From assembly GCA_024137785.1 (NCBI GenBank), contig JAHRHZ010000267.1, forward strand, positions 19,055,664-19,119,663: 64,000 nt of DNA, in the 5' to 3' direction. The notes under the pieces were generated by a model. The model worked only from the letters and a program-made list of their open reading frames with translations, was not told the origin of the DNA and ran no database searches. Position 1 is the stretch's first letter. Every line of letters starts with the position of its first letter. Origin of the DNA: Ginglymostoma cirratum. Its lineage: Eukaryota. The position numbers and the translations under genes are program-made. Shown here piece after piece: positions 35,351 to 48,611 of this stretch.

Positions 35351-37074
35351 AGCAGAGTTTTAGATTTCTTTTTGTCAAATGGTGCAATGGTCTGAAAGGG
35401 TTAATATTGAGGAATGCATTAAGAACACTTTGAGTAGGGAAACAGTTTTGGATCTTAGAATAAGTAAGACCTAAATCTGGAACATATTGCTAGCTGCTAA
35501 AATGCATTAAACTGCATCTTGTTTAAGAATAAAGCATTTTCCTGTTAGATTACCAGGTGGTTTTCCTCTATCATATCAGACTAAGAAGACTCTGTGGAAC
35601 CCAACCAGCAAAGAGGATGGTGACTGCAAATCAATAAGACAGACCTTACGCTATGATGATCTATGGTGAGAATCCATCCTATAGCATTAAGTTTCAATTT
35701 ATATCTTTTCAAATGCAATGACTATCAAGGCTCAACACAATTACTCATAGTGTTTATTTTTGTGCATGTTAAAGCTCAAACAGGGTTATCAACTCAGTTT
35801 GACTCAAGTGTGCATGACAACATTTGAATTGTACACCAGACTATGGGTAAGAACAGTGAGCCTCTAGACTGCCTGAATATGTGAAGTCAGAGACTTGTGG
35901 GGAATAGGGTAGTCCAGAAGTAAATATATGCACAAATGTATGATGTTAACAATGAGAGAAAGACTTGAAATGTTGTAGAATGGTACAAGTGTCTGAAAGG
36001 TTTAATGTTGAAGGGTGCATTTAGATCTGCTTAATAAAATAATATCTTATGCTCTCAGTGGGGAAGAAGTTTTGGACCTTGAAGAAATGAGATCAAACAT
36101 TAAGATCTCCCTCATAGTTTTAGTAATGATCTCTATTATTCCAATGTAACTTGTACCTAGTTGCTATCAGCAATAGATTACATTTTGCTGAAGACAACAG
36201 GCTCTTCTCATTAGGCTACCAGGTGGCTTTCTTCTACTACTTTGGACCAGAGGACCCTGTAAAAATCTATCAAGAAAGAAGATGGTGGCAGTAATTCTAC
36301 CATGTGGATCTTCCACAATGATGAGTTGTGATGAGGATTCACCTGACAACATGTTGACAATTGCTATAGATTCCATTTAGCCATAGCCCACAAAACGCTG
36401 TCTACTGCAGAGACCTGAAGATTCTTCAGACGCAGCTTAAAGATGGCTGCTCAAGCAGACAAACAGAAGCAGAAAAAGCTAAAAATTCAAATAACCTGCA
36501 GAAGAGAACCTCAGAGCAAGGTTCTACAGGATAGAGTTTAATTTGGTGGTAAAAAAAATTTCAAACCTGGCAAGAAAAGTGCAGCAGATAGCATAATCTA
36601 GAAACTCCAAACAGCTGGCATACTAGCCACACCTAAACAGCGACTGATTGCATTAGTTTCTGATAATCACTAAGAGTGGTTCCAGGTTATGGTGAAAGTT
36701 TGAAAATATATTTTACAGACTGGGAAAATTAGAATTAACCAAACTATTGACAAGACAGATTGAGTGTCGCCACCATGGTAAGAGAGAAAAGAAAGGTATG
36801 GCTACAGTAATGGAAATCAAGAGACGCAGAAACAGTTTAAAATGATGTCATTGATCTTGGTATGTCAGTAAGGCAAATTTAAATGATAAATAAACAAATT
36901 AGAAGCCTAACCAGACCAGGTTTAATAGAAGAAGAAGAAAACTAGGAGACTATTACAGCTAAAGGAAAAACAGGAGGTTTATGACTTAAACCGCAATAAA
37001 AGTGCCGTTTAAATATCTGCATTTATTCAAATCACAGACAGTGAGGAATCTCCAAGACAATATAGCGACACAAT

Positions 37075-39375
37075 GAGTGGAATCTTATCCGGCTCTGAGG
37101 AACACAGGCCATGGCTAGATTCATGGCAGAACTGAATGAGAGTTTCAGTGAGGCCTATATCATTGGGAGCATCTTGTTCCATCTTTAATGCTTTTGCAGA
37201 GCGGTGAAGTGAGATTCTTGCTAGGCAGCAGCAAGTTGCCGATTGACAGGGATTAATACTCGTTAACAACCTCTTAAGAGCCCCAACTCACCTCATTGAT
37301 AATCAGCTTCCCATCTGGCTGAGATAGACGTTGACAACTCTCGACATGGAGGTCAGAGTGGATAGTTGGTGAATTCAGCTTACAACTTGAGTCAAAGGAT
37401 CTCCATGTTGGGCGCCAGGCAGCAACATCTGAAGGTATCTTCCATGGGCACTGACCACACGCACCCGACAACTATGGCCAATGGCATGCAATATGTGCCA
37501 GCATCTAAGAAGCCTCATGGCACATTTCTGATTCCCTTAAGGTTGCTTCACTCCTTCAATGTTTTGGAGCGATTTGCTCCCTCAGCCAGAGATACTGGGC
37601 TCATATTATGCCTTTGATTTGATGTTTTTATTGTCATGTGTATCTTGTTGCGAAATACAGTGAGAAGTGTTGTGTTGCGAAGTGTCATTACTCTACAGCA
37701 CCAGCTTAAAACACAGAAAAATAAACCAAAACATAGGTAGAAAAAAAAAAGAATTTAAAAAAAAAACATTCAATATTACAATCCTTCCTGTTAAATGCTC
37801 TGCCATGGGCCATAGGCCTGGTGGCCAGGCATGAGTCCTCTTTGCTGTACTATTGCTTCTGGAATGAAAGTGGCCACTCTTCAGCACTATCTCACCTCCA
37901 CCGATACCGTCACCACTATGAGCCCGCGCCGTTGCAGACACCACCGCTGCTGCTGGGTACCCCACCAGCCCAAAATCGACATCGCTGCTGCCACATGTCT
38001 GCTTCCGGCCTGTCTCATTGATTCAGCCGCTGCTATTGCTGCCCCGTGTTGTACCGCGTTGGAACATGCCTCCACCATCACCTCCAGGAATCTGCGCTGG
38101 ACGCAGACACCGCTGGGAGCCCAAACTCACCTCCGCCTCAGCAGCCGTGTGTCGGTGCTAAGACCGCCTCAACGATGCAGAGGCTGCTGGATACACAAAC
38201 CTACCTCCGATGCTGCAGCCATAAGTCTGTGTTTCTGCGCCCACTTGAGTCTCTGTTGCTGGGCGTACGCGCTGCCGCCAATGTTGTCATCGTGACCGAA
38301 GTTTTCAGCAAGAGGTAAGTAAAATAAAACATAGAAAAAAAAAGAAAAGAAACGAAAAGGAAAAAACAGATGAAGTGGACAAGCCCTGGGCTCAGAAGCC
38401 CAACTCCACCACCATCTTACTGGAAGGAATCTGAAAGTGTACCTGCTTTCACTGTTAAGTGTAGACCCAAAGCCAGTAAGCATGTCATGGCTGTCAGCAG
38501 CGCTCAGTCTAGGCAATGGAGATAGCCTTCAGTCAGGGAGTCCTGACACAATAAGTCAAAGGGAGCCTCCTAAATCAATCCTTGATCTTGGACATGGCCA
38601 GTCAACTGTGCAAGGCAGTCAGAGTCCCGGTACTTTCCACATAAAGGCGTGAAAAACTGAATGTTAGGCAGCCCCACCAGCTGTCTGACCTATTGTGGGC
38701 TGTTTTCCTTGTGGAACGAGTGAGAGGCAGGTATGAAAGGGTGTGAAAGCTATTACTGTTGGTACAGATGACGAGGTACCCTGAGCATTGAATTAGGCAG
38801 CGAAGATGCAGGGTAAGTAGTGTCAGTAGGGTTTGGGTGGGTGACGGTGAGTGAGAGAAGATGTTACAGGTGTTAGTGAGTGTGATAAAGCATCACCATT
38901 ATTGGGGAGGCAGGGAAGATTGGTGCATTAGCAGAGTTACAGTAAATATAAAGAATCACCAGCGTTTATGCTGGTGGAGTGGATGAGGCTGCAATGAACT
39001 TGGATAGCATCCTTGAATGAGGCTGGAATGGCCTAGTTTTCATGGTCTCCACTGCTGGCCCTGGTGGACGGGAAAATCCTGCATCTGCATCATTCCATCC
39101 AGCAGGCTATCCGGGCCCCTGCCACAAATTGGGGCATTCCCATGGTTTGGGAAAATATTAGGGACCAGGCAGGGCATCTGTGGACTGATAGTGCCTCTCC
39201 AGGTGCATAATGGGCCTTTAAAGCTGCTCTGTGCTGAGTTGTTCTGGTGATGGCGTGCAGTAAATCGGGTTAGAATCAGATGTGAGGCATACCAGCGGGA
39301 TATGGTGTGTAGTCAATGTGTCATTTTGTTAAGACACGGCAAGAAATTATACTGGGCCTTGTGGCAAGATTCCCT
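37075..39375. mobile_element. Harbinger relic with convergent transposase (+, ~37400-37610) and Myb/SANT gene (-, ~38430-39145) pieces
   Basis: ggcactgaccacacgcac and cttcactccttcaatgtt resemble the GAIDCTH and GFHSLNV motifs. The minus strand is homologous to 58930-59540. Possible ggaatctt inverted termini. Confidence 0.5.
37613..38426 (-). mobile_element. Non-autonomous retroelement with a Rex1-type tail and CpG-rich body
   Basis: On the minus strand it starts cttccagtaagatggtggtgg and ends ttctcactgtatttcg..gatacacatgacaataaaaacatcaaatcaaa. Confidence 0.6.
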
Positions 39376-40084
39376 CCAAAAAGCGCGCGGCAACTTGCAA
39401 AGTTTTCAAAACAAAAATGTCAGGCAATCCAATGTTCTGCAGAGTACAGCCAATGAAACAGAGTGGGGAGACCAAGCGCTGTTGCTGCAGTGGGAAATTG
39501 GAACTGTGAAATCTTGCAGCAGCTCCCTGGAGATCAATGTCCTATTCTGTGAGCCTCCCAGATAATTTGGAAGCATCAGCACCTTAACTTCAGGGACCTA
39601 GGTCAATCCTGTAGATATATGGTTTAACAAATAGTCAGATGAGCCTGTGAGATATGTAGTGTTATAACCATGACCTCAGTAGTCAGTTGAGGGAGTCTGT
39701 GAGCAGGACAGAGCTAGAATAGCTCAAAGCAGAGAGGTATATCATTTATATATAATTAATAAATGCAATTTAAAGAAATACCTTGAGATCGGGTGACCTC
39801 ATCTAAAAACACAAACCTGTACTAAAACATTTCCAGGCCACGCACAAATCAAAGTAACAAATACCATTTTTGCAACACAGCTGCGAGTCAAGTAAAGACA
39901 TGCCTGAATCTGTGCCAACCTTGTACTTCAGAATCCTATCTTATTTCCATTAACCGTAGCAAGTTTTTGCAAGCTATTGAATAATGGGAAGAGTATTTGA
40001 TTGCTATCCTTTCCCCTTGAATTTGCATGTTGTTTCAAACTGTTAACAGTTCTATTTTACTGTCAATTTACAGCAACTGTAACT

Positions 40085-40480
40085 TACATGAATACATTTA
40101 CATTTATATGTCGCCTTTACATGGAAGACTGTCTCGGAGAGTTTCACAAAGGCAAAGGAAAACATTGTACAAGAGATAGTAAAGCTGGGCTGGAGGAACG
40201 GTAGTTAACAGTTGCTGAAATGATTTTTAAGGAGAATTTTAAAGGATGAGAAGGTGAATGAAACAGTTTTGAGAGGTTTTAAAAAATGTGTGATTACTCA
40301 TTCAAAGATCAAACCACTCCAGTAGAAGGACTTGATGACTTGGACAATGCAGCCTGAGATTTTCTGTCAGACAGATCGTGAGGGGATGTGCTGCAGGCCT
40401 GAAAGAGTTTTGCAAATGAGGAGACGATCCTTGAGGTTGACATACTGAGGGATGGAAGTTTGATCTGGATATAATTACAG
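40085..40480 (-). mobile_element. Degenerate L2-type LINE 3' fragment
   Basis: ttacatttatatgtcgccttt...ttttaaggagaattttaaagg is similar to 32735-33680. Confidence 0.5.
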
Positions 40481-40884
40481 AAGACTTCTGCCCGCAATGA
40501 CTCTTCAAATGAGCATCCTTACCTATTGACAATCTCCTGCTTTTCCCCTATACTCTTGCATTTTATTTTTATCCAGATAATCAATAGGATAGGGGCATGA
40601 GTGCATTGGTCTCAACAAGAGGAGGTTGGTGTATCAGCATCCTAGATTGATTGGAGACTGAAAGATGTAGGAAGTGTATGAGCCAATGATGAAATCAAAT
40701 TGAGAAATGTACTTTGTCACATCAGTGCATTAAAAAAAATGTAAATAAAGTATTTAATATAATTGAAATGATTAAATAAACTATGCTGAATTTAGGGGAC
40801 ACTAATCAAAAATTCTGCTTCAGAAATAAAAGTGGTTGAAGCAGGGGGCAGGATGAATCTCTAGAAACAGCTGTGAGTCCAGAA

Positions 40885-41182
40885 TTCATAGGATTCCTAC
40901 CGAGCAGAAAAGAGGCCTATTGAGTCTGCACTGATCCTCTGAAGAACATCCCATCCAGACCCAGCCCTTCACTCTACCTCCCTCACCCCAAATTTACCAT
41001 GGTCAGTGCACTTAATCTGCATATCTTGGGACTTTGGGAGGAAATCAGAGCACCTGGAGGAAACCCACCCAGATACGGGGAGAATGTGCACATTCTACAC
41101 AGACAGTCACCCGAGGGTGGAATTGAACCCTGACCCTGGTGCTGAAAAGATAGCAGTGCTAACCACTGAACCACTGCGCTGC
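40885..41182 (-). mobile_element. HE1-type V-SINE
   Basis: Homologous to 30441-30772. Confidence 0.88.
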
Positions 41183-41279
41183 CTTAAACGCCAAGAACAT
41201 TTTCTGTAACTGATTACATTATAACGATGAAATTTATAAGGTTATCATCTCTTGGGATTGGATCTTCCATTCATGATGA

Positions 41280-42115
41280 AATATAGGTGGTCACGTGACC
41301 TATTTTGAAATGCTCTTGATAGCAAACATGGGTTGTTTGATTGTTATAGAGTAAAGGGGGTCAAGATTACCAGACTGAGAAGGTCCACATAGGTCTACCT
41401 GCTGCAAATGAATCTGTCAATGACCTTATTGGTTGGACTGGCCACAGTGTGGTAAAGTCCTATCTTCAAATTGAGAATCCCCTCCATCCTGCCACGTGGC
41501 ACTACCACTGTGCTAAATTGGACAAATTTAAAACAGATCTAGCAACTCAAAAAACTATGCATCCATGAGGCATGGTGGGGTGTCAGCAATTGCATTATAA
41601 TCAACTACAATTTGTAACGTCATGACCTGGCATAACCCCACTCTGCAATTACCATCAAGCTAAGAGTCTGACTAAATGAAGAGTGCAGGAGGGCGTACCT
41701 CAAGCGTACCTCAAAGTATGCTGAAGCTACAACACAGGACTACTGCATATCAAATGACAGAAGCAGCAAATGATATAGAGAGGGCTAAGTGATTCCACAA
41801 GCAATGAATCAGACCTAGGCAGGCTTGCCACTTCTTGTCATCAACAGTGGTGGGCAACTAAACAACTGGAGCATAGACTCCACACACAACTCCCTCGTCA
41901 ATGAAATGGAGTCACAATACATCCACGGAAAAGACAAAGATGAAACATTTGCAATCCTCTTCAGCCATTAGTGACGAGTACACCATCTCAGCCTTCGCCT
42001 GTGGTGCCCAGTCTTCAGCCAATTCAGTTTGCACCACATGATATCAAGAAACAGCTGAAAACACAGGATACCACAAAGGCCGTGGACCTTGACAATCCTC
42101 CAGTGATGGTGTTGA
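41280..42115 (+). mobile_element. CR1/L2-group LINE ORF2 internal fragment
   Basis: tggcactaccactgtgctaaattggac...cagatctagcaactcaa...tttgcaatcctcttcagcc...cagccaattcagtttgcaccacatgatatcaag matches the reverse complement of parts of 24690-24830. Confidence 0.7.
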
Positions 42116-42120
42116 TTTAG

Positions 42121-42775
42121 CATCCTTCTTAAAATAAGAAAACAATAACGGCATTGTGGAAGTTGGGAGGTAGTGCATCTTCTTTCCTGATTTTTATAAA
42201 TTCTGAAGGTTTGAGCAAGTGTCCATGTCTACCAGCTTTATTGATCTTTGCAGAAACATTGTCCAGACTATACATCTTGTTGTACTTCATCTCTCGGATA
42301 GTCTTCTGTCTCTGAGCAAGTGCTGGCACATACCCAAATGTAATCTATCAAACTGCTGGAGGCTTGTCTCAAACTGGTACTGCTCTTTCCAAAAATCTTG
42401 GGTGGCTATGTCATCTTTGAGGAGTGTAATACTGTCTTCAAGATTGTTTTTTTTTGAACCATAGATAGTCTAAGGTGGCCTGGAAATAGTTGAGCATGTT
42501 GGAGAGGTGTGCATTCATTGGTTTTCTCTACCCACCACTCGTTCTTGTTGACAGATATTTTCAGAACTTTGTATTTAAGTCATAAATATTCTTCATGTTT
42601 CTTCTGTGATGTAGGGTAATTGCTTTAAAGCCAGCTGGTAAACCATTCTGCCTCCTGTCTCTGGACTCCATATTCTCTGATGTTATCATTCTTAACAAAC
42701 ACCTTCGGACAATTCAGTTCACATGCATCTATGACTGCGTCAATTTTATCTGGTCCCACCTCCAAAAACAAAATC
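42121..42775 (-). mobile_element. RTE-clade LINE ORF fragment
   Basis: Minus translation includes NKNEWWVEK...QAT*TIYG and KTIREMKYNK...IRKEDALPPNFHNAVIVFLF*EG, typical of the RTE linker and RT start. Confidence 0.65.
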
Positions 42776-43694
42776 AACATGGTTAGCGAAACGCTAGACT
42801 CTCCGAGAGAACATATGTTGTGAAATTAATTTCAGGGTAAGTGGTTGGGGCACAAACAATGACAACATTTATGATAAAATTGAATGAAGAAAAAATCTAT
42901 TGTGGAGATAATGGGAACAGGATGGGTAAATGTGGTTAAGACAATGTTTGTTTACATGAAAGGCAAATAATGATATGAATAACCTGGAGTGAATGGAATG
43001 AATAGACTGAATGGACTGTCATTGTGGTATAAATTCGATAACTTTTATTTTATCAAGCCAGGAAACAATGAAAAGAAAGGCAATAATGTTTGGAAATGAG
43101 TGGTATTTGTCATACCCTGTATTCAAGTTGGACCTGGATATGTCATTTCTGAGACTTAATGTTGTGTTTTCCCTTCTGGATAGCTTGGAAACTCTCAAAG
43201 CACTAAAATACACGTGAGTTTCTGTAGGTGAGGTAATATCACAAAATACTGGCACAATTCAACGGGTCAGGCAGCGGAGAGAAACAAAGTTCATCTTTCA
43301 TTAGGAAGCTGATGAAAAATCATTTACCTGGCATTAAATCTGTTTCTTTTTACTGCCCAAGCTGCTGAGGTTTTGCAGCTTTTCTTGTTGTTATTACATG
43401 CAACATCCACAATGTTTTGCTTCTGCAGTGGAGGATTAAGTTATCAGCATTAGAGAAGTAGTGGCATAAGCGAGCAGTTTTATAGTGATGCAAAATTGTT
43501 GTTCTGGTGACTGACCAAGCATAGAATTGCAGAAAGATGCAGTGTCCAAGGAGACCTTTCAACTTCTTACAATTCCAGCTCCTTGGTAGAACTATTCAAT
43601 TAATTCCACTCGCCTAATTTTCCCCATTGTCCTGTAAATTTTTATTCAAATACTCAATCCTTTCGTTTTGAAATTTTCCTATTTGTTTTTGTTA

Positions 43695-43940
43695 TGTTGA
43701 TTAAGGGATAATGATTGGCCAGGGACAACTTCCCTATGCTTTTTTTGAAGTAGTTACACGAAATTTGTTTTTTCACCCATCTGAGACAGTAGAGGAGTTC
43801 TGAAAGATGGCACCTCTGACAATACAGCACTCCATCAATACTGCAAGTGTGTAAGCCTTAAGTTTTTTGCGTAAAACTCTACTGTTTGACATGAGCCTAC
43901 AACTTTCTAATTCAGAGGAAAGAGTGAACAATGACCAAGT
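43695..43940 (-). mobile_element. DeuSINE (SacSINE1-like) fragment
   Basis: gttgattaagggataatgattggccaggga...tgaaagatggcacctctgacaatacagcactcc resembles the reverse of the Deu domain and head. Confidence 0.65.
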
Positions 43941-44357
43941 GCTGACATTGTTCTGACCATTCCAGCTTCTCTAGTCTCCCCATACATCAGTAGGAAAGGT
44001 AACCATGGCACCTCAAGTAATACATTGTTATTTTGTTAAAACATTTAATAGACTGGCAAGAATGTAATAAATGACAACTTTACTGAATTCTCCATTTCTT
44101 GATACCTTATTAAAACAGCATTTTCCATATAAAAATACTTAATTCACTGAAATAATAGAATTTTTTGTTCGACTAGGTTCATTGAACACTTAATTGCCAA
44201 TCTAAGGATTGTGGACATAACACCGATGTGCTTTTAATATCTGTTTTGCATAAGTGGAATTATTTGAGTTAATTTCTACCCAAGCATAAGGTGGCAGCAT
44301 ATAGTAACCAATTGTCTATAAATTCAAAGCAGATACAGCTTCCTGCTCACATACCCA

Positions 44358-44975
44358 TAGAATTATTTGGGCACTAAAGGAGGCCATTTAGCCCATCATG
44401 TCGGTACTTGCTGTCAAAGTGATCATATCACTCCATACCACTCTCCTGCCTTCTCCCTATAATTCTACACGCCCTACCTTTTTGAATAACAGCCTGACCT
44501 CTTTTAAGTGTTAAAGTCCACCATCTTTCACTACAATGTTATGCATTGCATTCCAGACCTTATCCACTCACCATGTGAGAAACCTTTGCTCTTATCGCTG
44601 TTTCTTCTCTCTTCTTTAAATCAGTGCCCACTTGTTCTCTATCCTTTCACATCTTCTCCCGGCTTTCTCTTCTCTAAACAAAGCAGTCCCAACTTCTCCA
44701 ATCTACTTTGTAGCTGAAATTCTCATCCCTGGAGGAATTCTGACAAACCCCTTCTGCACTCTCTCCAATACCTTTACATCCTTGCTGAGGTGCCCCCTAG
44801 AGCTGGATACAATACTCCAGCTAAGGCTGAAATAGTGTTCTTTACCAATTCAACATAACTTGATTGATTTTGTTGTCTATATTGCTATTAATAAAGCCTG
44901 CAAAGCCATATTCTTTAGTAAGTGCTTTCTCAACATCTCCTGCCTCCCTTAATAACTTATGCACTTATGCACATC
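44358..44975 (-). mobile_element. Old CR1 LINE 3' fragment
   Basis: ggaggccatttagcccatc...cccttctgcactctctcca...ctggatacaatactccag. Confidence 0.75.
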
Positions 44976-46559
44976 CACCTTTCATTCCTCCTTTAAGGCT
45001 CTTGTTAAAACTTCAGTCCAAGCTTTTTTCACTCATTTATTTATCTTCTTACATGATTTGTTGTCAGATTTTACCTTGTGATATGCTTTGGGAAATTCCA
45101 ATATGTTATCTCAATGCAAGCTGATGTTAAACTCCTGTTAAAAATTGGTAGTTACGGTGGCAGCTTATCAGATGTCCTTCTGCCAGTGCAGGATGCCTCA
45201 GTATGAGTGACCACAAAAAAAAAGCACCTTTTTTTAACAAAAAGAAATGCAAGTACACAATTTCTCTATTTACTAATAGTTTCCATTTCTCCTGTGTTTT
45301 TCACATATAAAAATGTTACAGTTCTTTACAGGAGGAGAGAGAAAAAGGTAGACAGCAAGCCGAAACAAACAAAAATGAAAATGAACAATGGAGGAGGTGA
45401 AAGCATGCACAAAGCAGAAGGTTTTAAAAATAATTTTGAAACCGGAGGAGGAGATGGTGAAATAGAAGATCTGGCATAGAGGCAATGTTAGGTGGTTGAA
45501 AATATTGATCCTAGTAACTGAGGGGTTGGGAGGGTGGTTCAAAGGGTAATTCAATGGAAGGTGGTAGAAGACATGTGACGGAGGAACAGTTTCTGCCAAA
45601 GTGTTAGCATTGCTCAGCAATCCAGTTTCGAAAAAAAGAACAGCTGTTTTACATGCGGTCAATTGTCCACAAATCTGATAAGAGAGGTTTCATTTTTATT
45701 CTGGTCTGAAGACAGTTATGATGTGGAGGGTTTACTCATAAATGCCATTAGATTTAACAGTGCTCTGTCCCGATCCTGCCCCACCCAGCCTTTTGCAAAA
45801 TGTGGAGACCTAACCTATCCGTCTAGGATTTGTAGGGAACCAGTAATTCTCCCAGTGAGAAGCAGCTGCTTGTGGATTGGTCACTAAATCTTGCATTTCG
45901 TTATGAAATAATGCATTCAAAAGTGTGAACATGGAAATGAACAACACAAATTCCAGATCAATACTAACTCTGGATTTAATTTGAAAAGAAAATGCTGTCA
46001 GTTTAACAAAGCCTGGCGAGGAGTGTTTTGCAGCAGGTGAGGTACAACTGCTTAGACAAGGCTGCCCTCTAGAGGGTGTACATTTACTACCACGTTATTT
46101 CACAGTCTGATTAACCCTGAGCTGTTTCAGCAGCAGCGTGCGGTTTTGGAGTTTTGTTTTCAGTGGGAACACTGTGAATTAAATTTGCTGCACACGTTTG
46201 CTGACATGACGACAGTCAATACGCTTCACAAGTAATCACTGTATGAAGTAATTTGAAAGGCTTTAATGTGTCAAAAGGTAACTCAAATGGATATTACTGT
46301 GGTATCATTTAAAAAAAAATTCTAATTTTAGCACAGTTAAAAGTAATTTGTATTAGAGATCATTGAACTACAGTACTGAAAACTCGATTTATCTGAATTT
46401 TAGATTTTATGAACCAATATAGATGTGAAAAATGTTAAGTTAATTTTGTCTGTAATTCTGACTTGCAGGTTTTGATAGACTGTGAAGCATTGCTAAACAC
46501 CTGCAACTCATGAATGGTACTGTAGAAATGTGAGTTTTTTTCTCCATTTGTCTTCTTAG

Positions 46560-48100
46560 GATGTTGTGATGTAGGTCCTTGGCTGCCAACAGTGCTTGGC
46601 TATCTTCCATAAGTGGTGCTAATTATGAGCAACCCATGTGTTTTCAGTGAGTCTTGGTAGGTTTTGTTTCTATTCATTGGTGGGAAGTGGGTGTGCCTTT
46701 GCCCGTGCCTGGTTTCCTGGAGAAGATGGCTGTTAGCTGTCTCTTGGAAATCAGTGAGGTGTAGGGATCCAGCGCTGATAACAAGGGTGTTCAAGGATTT
46801 TGATCCAGTGACAATGATGGGCCAATGGTGCAGCTCCAAGTCAGGATGATCTGTGGTTGGGTGGGGAACTTGCAAGTGGTGGTATTGACATGCACCTGCT
46901 GCCCTTGTCCTTCTAGGTGGTTGATTGCTGCCTTGAAATGTGCTGCGGAAGGAGGTTTAGTGATTGGTTCGTTGCATTTTTTTAGATGGTATACGCTGAT
47001 TCTACTATGTGTCGGAGGTGGAAGGACTGAATGTTGAAGGTGGTGATTGGTGGTACCAATCATAAGACCATAAGACATAGAAGCAGAAATTAGGCCATTC
47101 AACCCATTGAATCTGCTCCACCATTCAATCATGGCTAATAAGTTTTTCAATCCCATTCTCCTGCCTTTTCCCGGTAATGTTTGATTCTCTTAACAATCAG
47201 GAACCTAGCCATCTCTGTCTTAAATATACTCAATGACCTGGTCTCCGCAGCTGTCTGTGGCAGCGAATTCCATAGATTCACCAATCTCTAGCTGAAGAAG
47301 TTTCTCCTCAATTCCATTCTGAAAGGTCTTTACTTTACTCTAATGTTATGCCCTTGGGTCCTAGTCTCTCCTACCAATGGAAACATCTTCCCAACATCCA
47401 CTCTGTCTAGGCCTTTCAGTATTCTATAAGTTTCAATTAGATCCCTCCTCATCCTTCTAACCTCCATTGAGTATAGACCCAAAGTTCTCAATTGTTCCAT
47501 GTATGTTAGGACTTTCATTCCTGGGATCATTCTTGTGAACCTCCTCTGGACCCACTCCAGGGCCAGTGCTTTCCTCCTGAGATATGGGGTCCAGTAGCGC
47601 TCTCACTATTCTAAATATGGTCAGACCAGAGCCTTATAAAGCCTCAGAACTATATCCCTGCTTTTATATTCTAGTCCTCTCGAAATAAATGCCAACATTG
47701 TATTTGCTTTCCAAACTACCTACTCAACTCCCAAGTCCCTTTGCACTTCAGATTTCTCAATTCTCTCTCCATTTAGAAAAAATGTCTATGTCTCTATTCT
47801 TCCTACTAAAGTGCATGACCTCACACTTTCCCACATTGTATTCCATCTGCCAAATGAGTTGTTCTGTCCTGAATGGCGAAAAACATGTTGCTTGCTGTTG
47901 CATCTGCGCCAATCCAGGAGAGTATCCTGTTACATTCCTGATTAATGCCTTGTAGAGGTGGGCAGGCATTTTGGAGACAGAAGATGCTTTACTCATTAGA
48001 ATTCTCAGTGTTTGACTTGCTCTTATCGCCACAGATTTTATATGCCTGGTCCTGTTCGAATGTTGTTGTCCCAGTTTAAGTTGTGAGTGAGGCAGGGGCC
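46560..48100 (-). mobile_element. CR1/L2-group LINE 3' part, interrupted by the CR1 at 47060-47852
   Basis: ccaagtcaggatgatctgtggttgggtggggaacttgca...gactgaatgttgaagg, resuming at 47853. Confidence 0.75.
47060..47852 (-). mobile_element. CR1 LINE 3' fragment
   Basis: Translates as MIPGMKVLTYMEQLRTLGLYSMEVRRMRRDLIETYRILKGLDRVD; cataagac tail repeats. Confidence 0.9.
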
Positions 48101-48611
48101 AGGGTGGTGTGTGTGGGTGGGTAGTTTGAATCTGACCATGTCCTCGTTGTAGGTATCACTGTGCAATGTTAGATGATCATTGAAAAGAGAACTTTAATGT
48201 GTACCATGAGCCTCCCAATGTTGAAACATTGAACTTACAGATATTTTACCAACAATTGGTTAACAGGGGATGGATTAGCCAGTGACCTTGCAGGTCTGTA
48301 TGATTCATAAAGCTCATAACTGGGAATACAAAGAAATTATACAATATTAAATCTGAAGTAAAGGTTAATGTACCTGCATAGACAATTGGATAAATGGTCA
48401 CACAGAAATAGTAATAATTCCTTATGTTGTTGAAAAGATTTGGTGTAAGTGGAGAAGTCATTCGTTAGTTTGCATGCATTCAGTACTGGTAGCCTGGGTT
48501 ACAGCACAAGAGCTCAACATAAATAAAGCAATATGGATATTCATATTAGCTGGACTGGTGCTAGGTTGCATCAATGAAAAGAAAACATTTTCTTCATAAG
48601 TGAAGCAAAGA

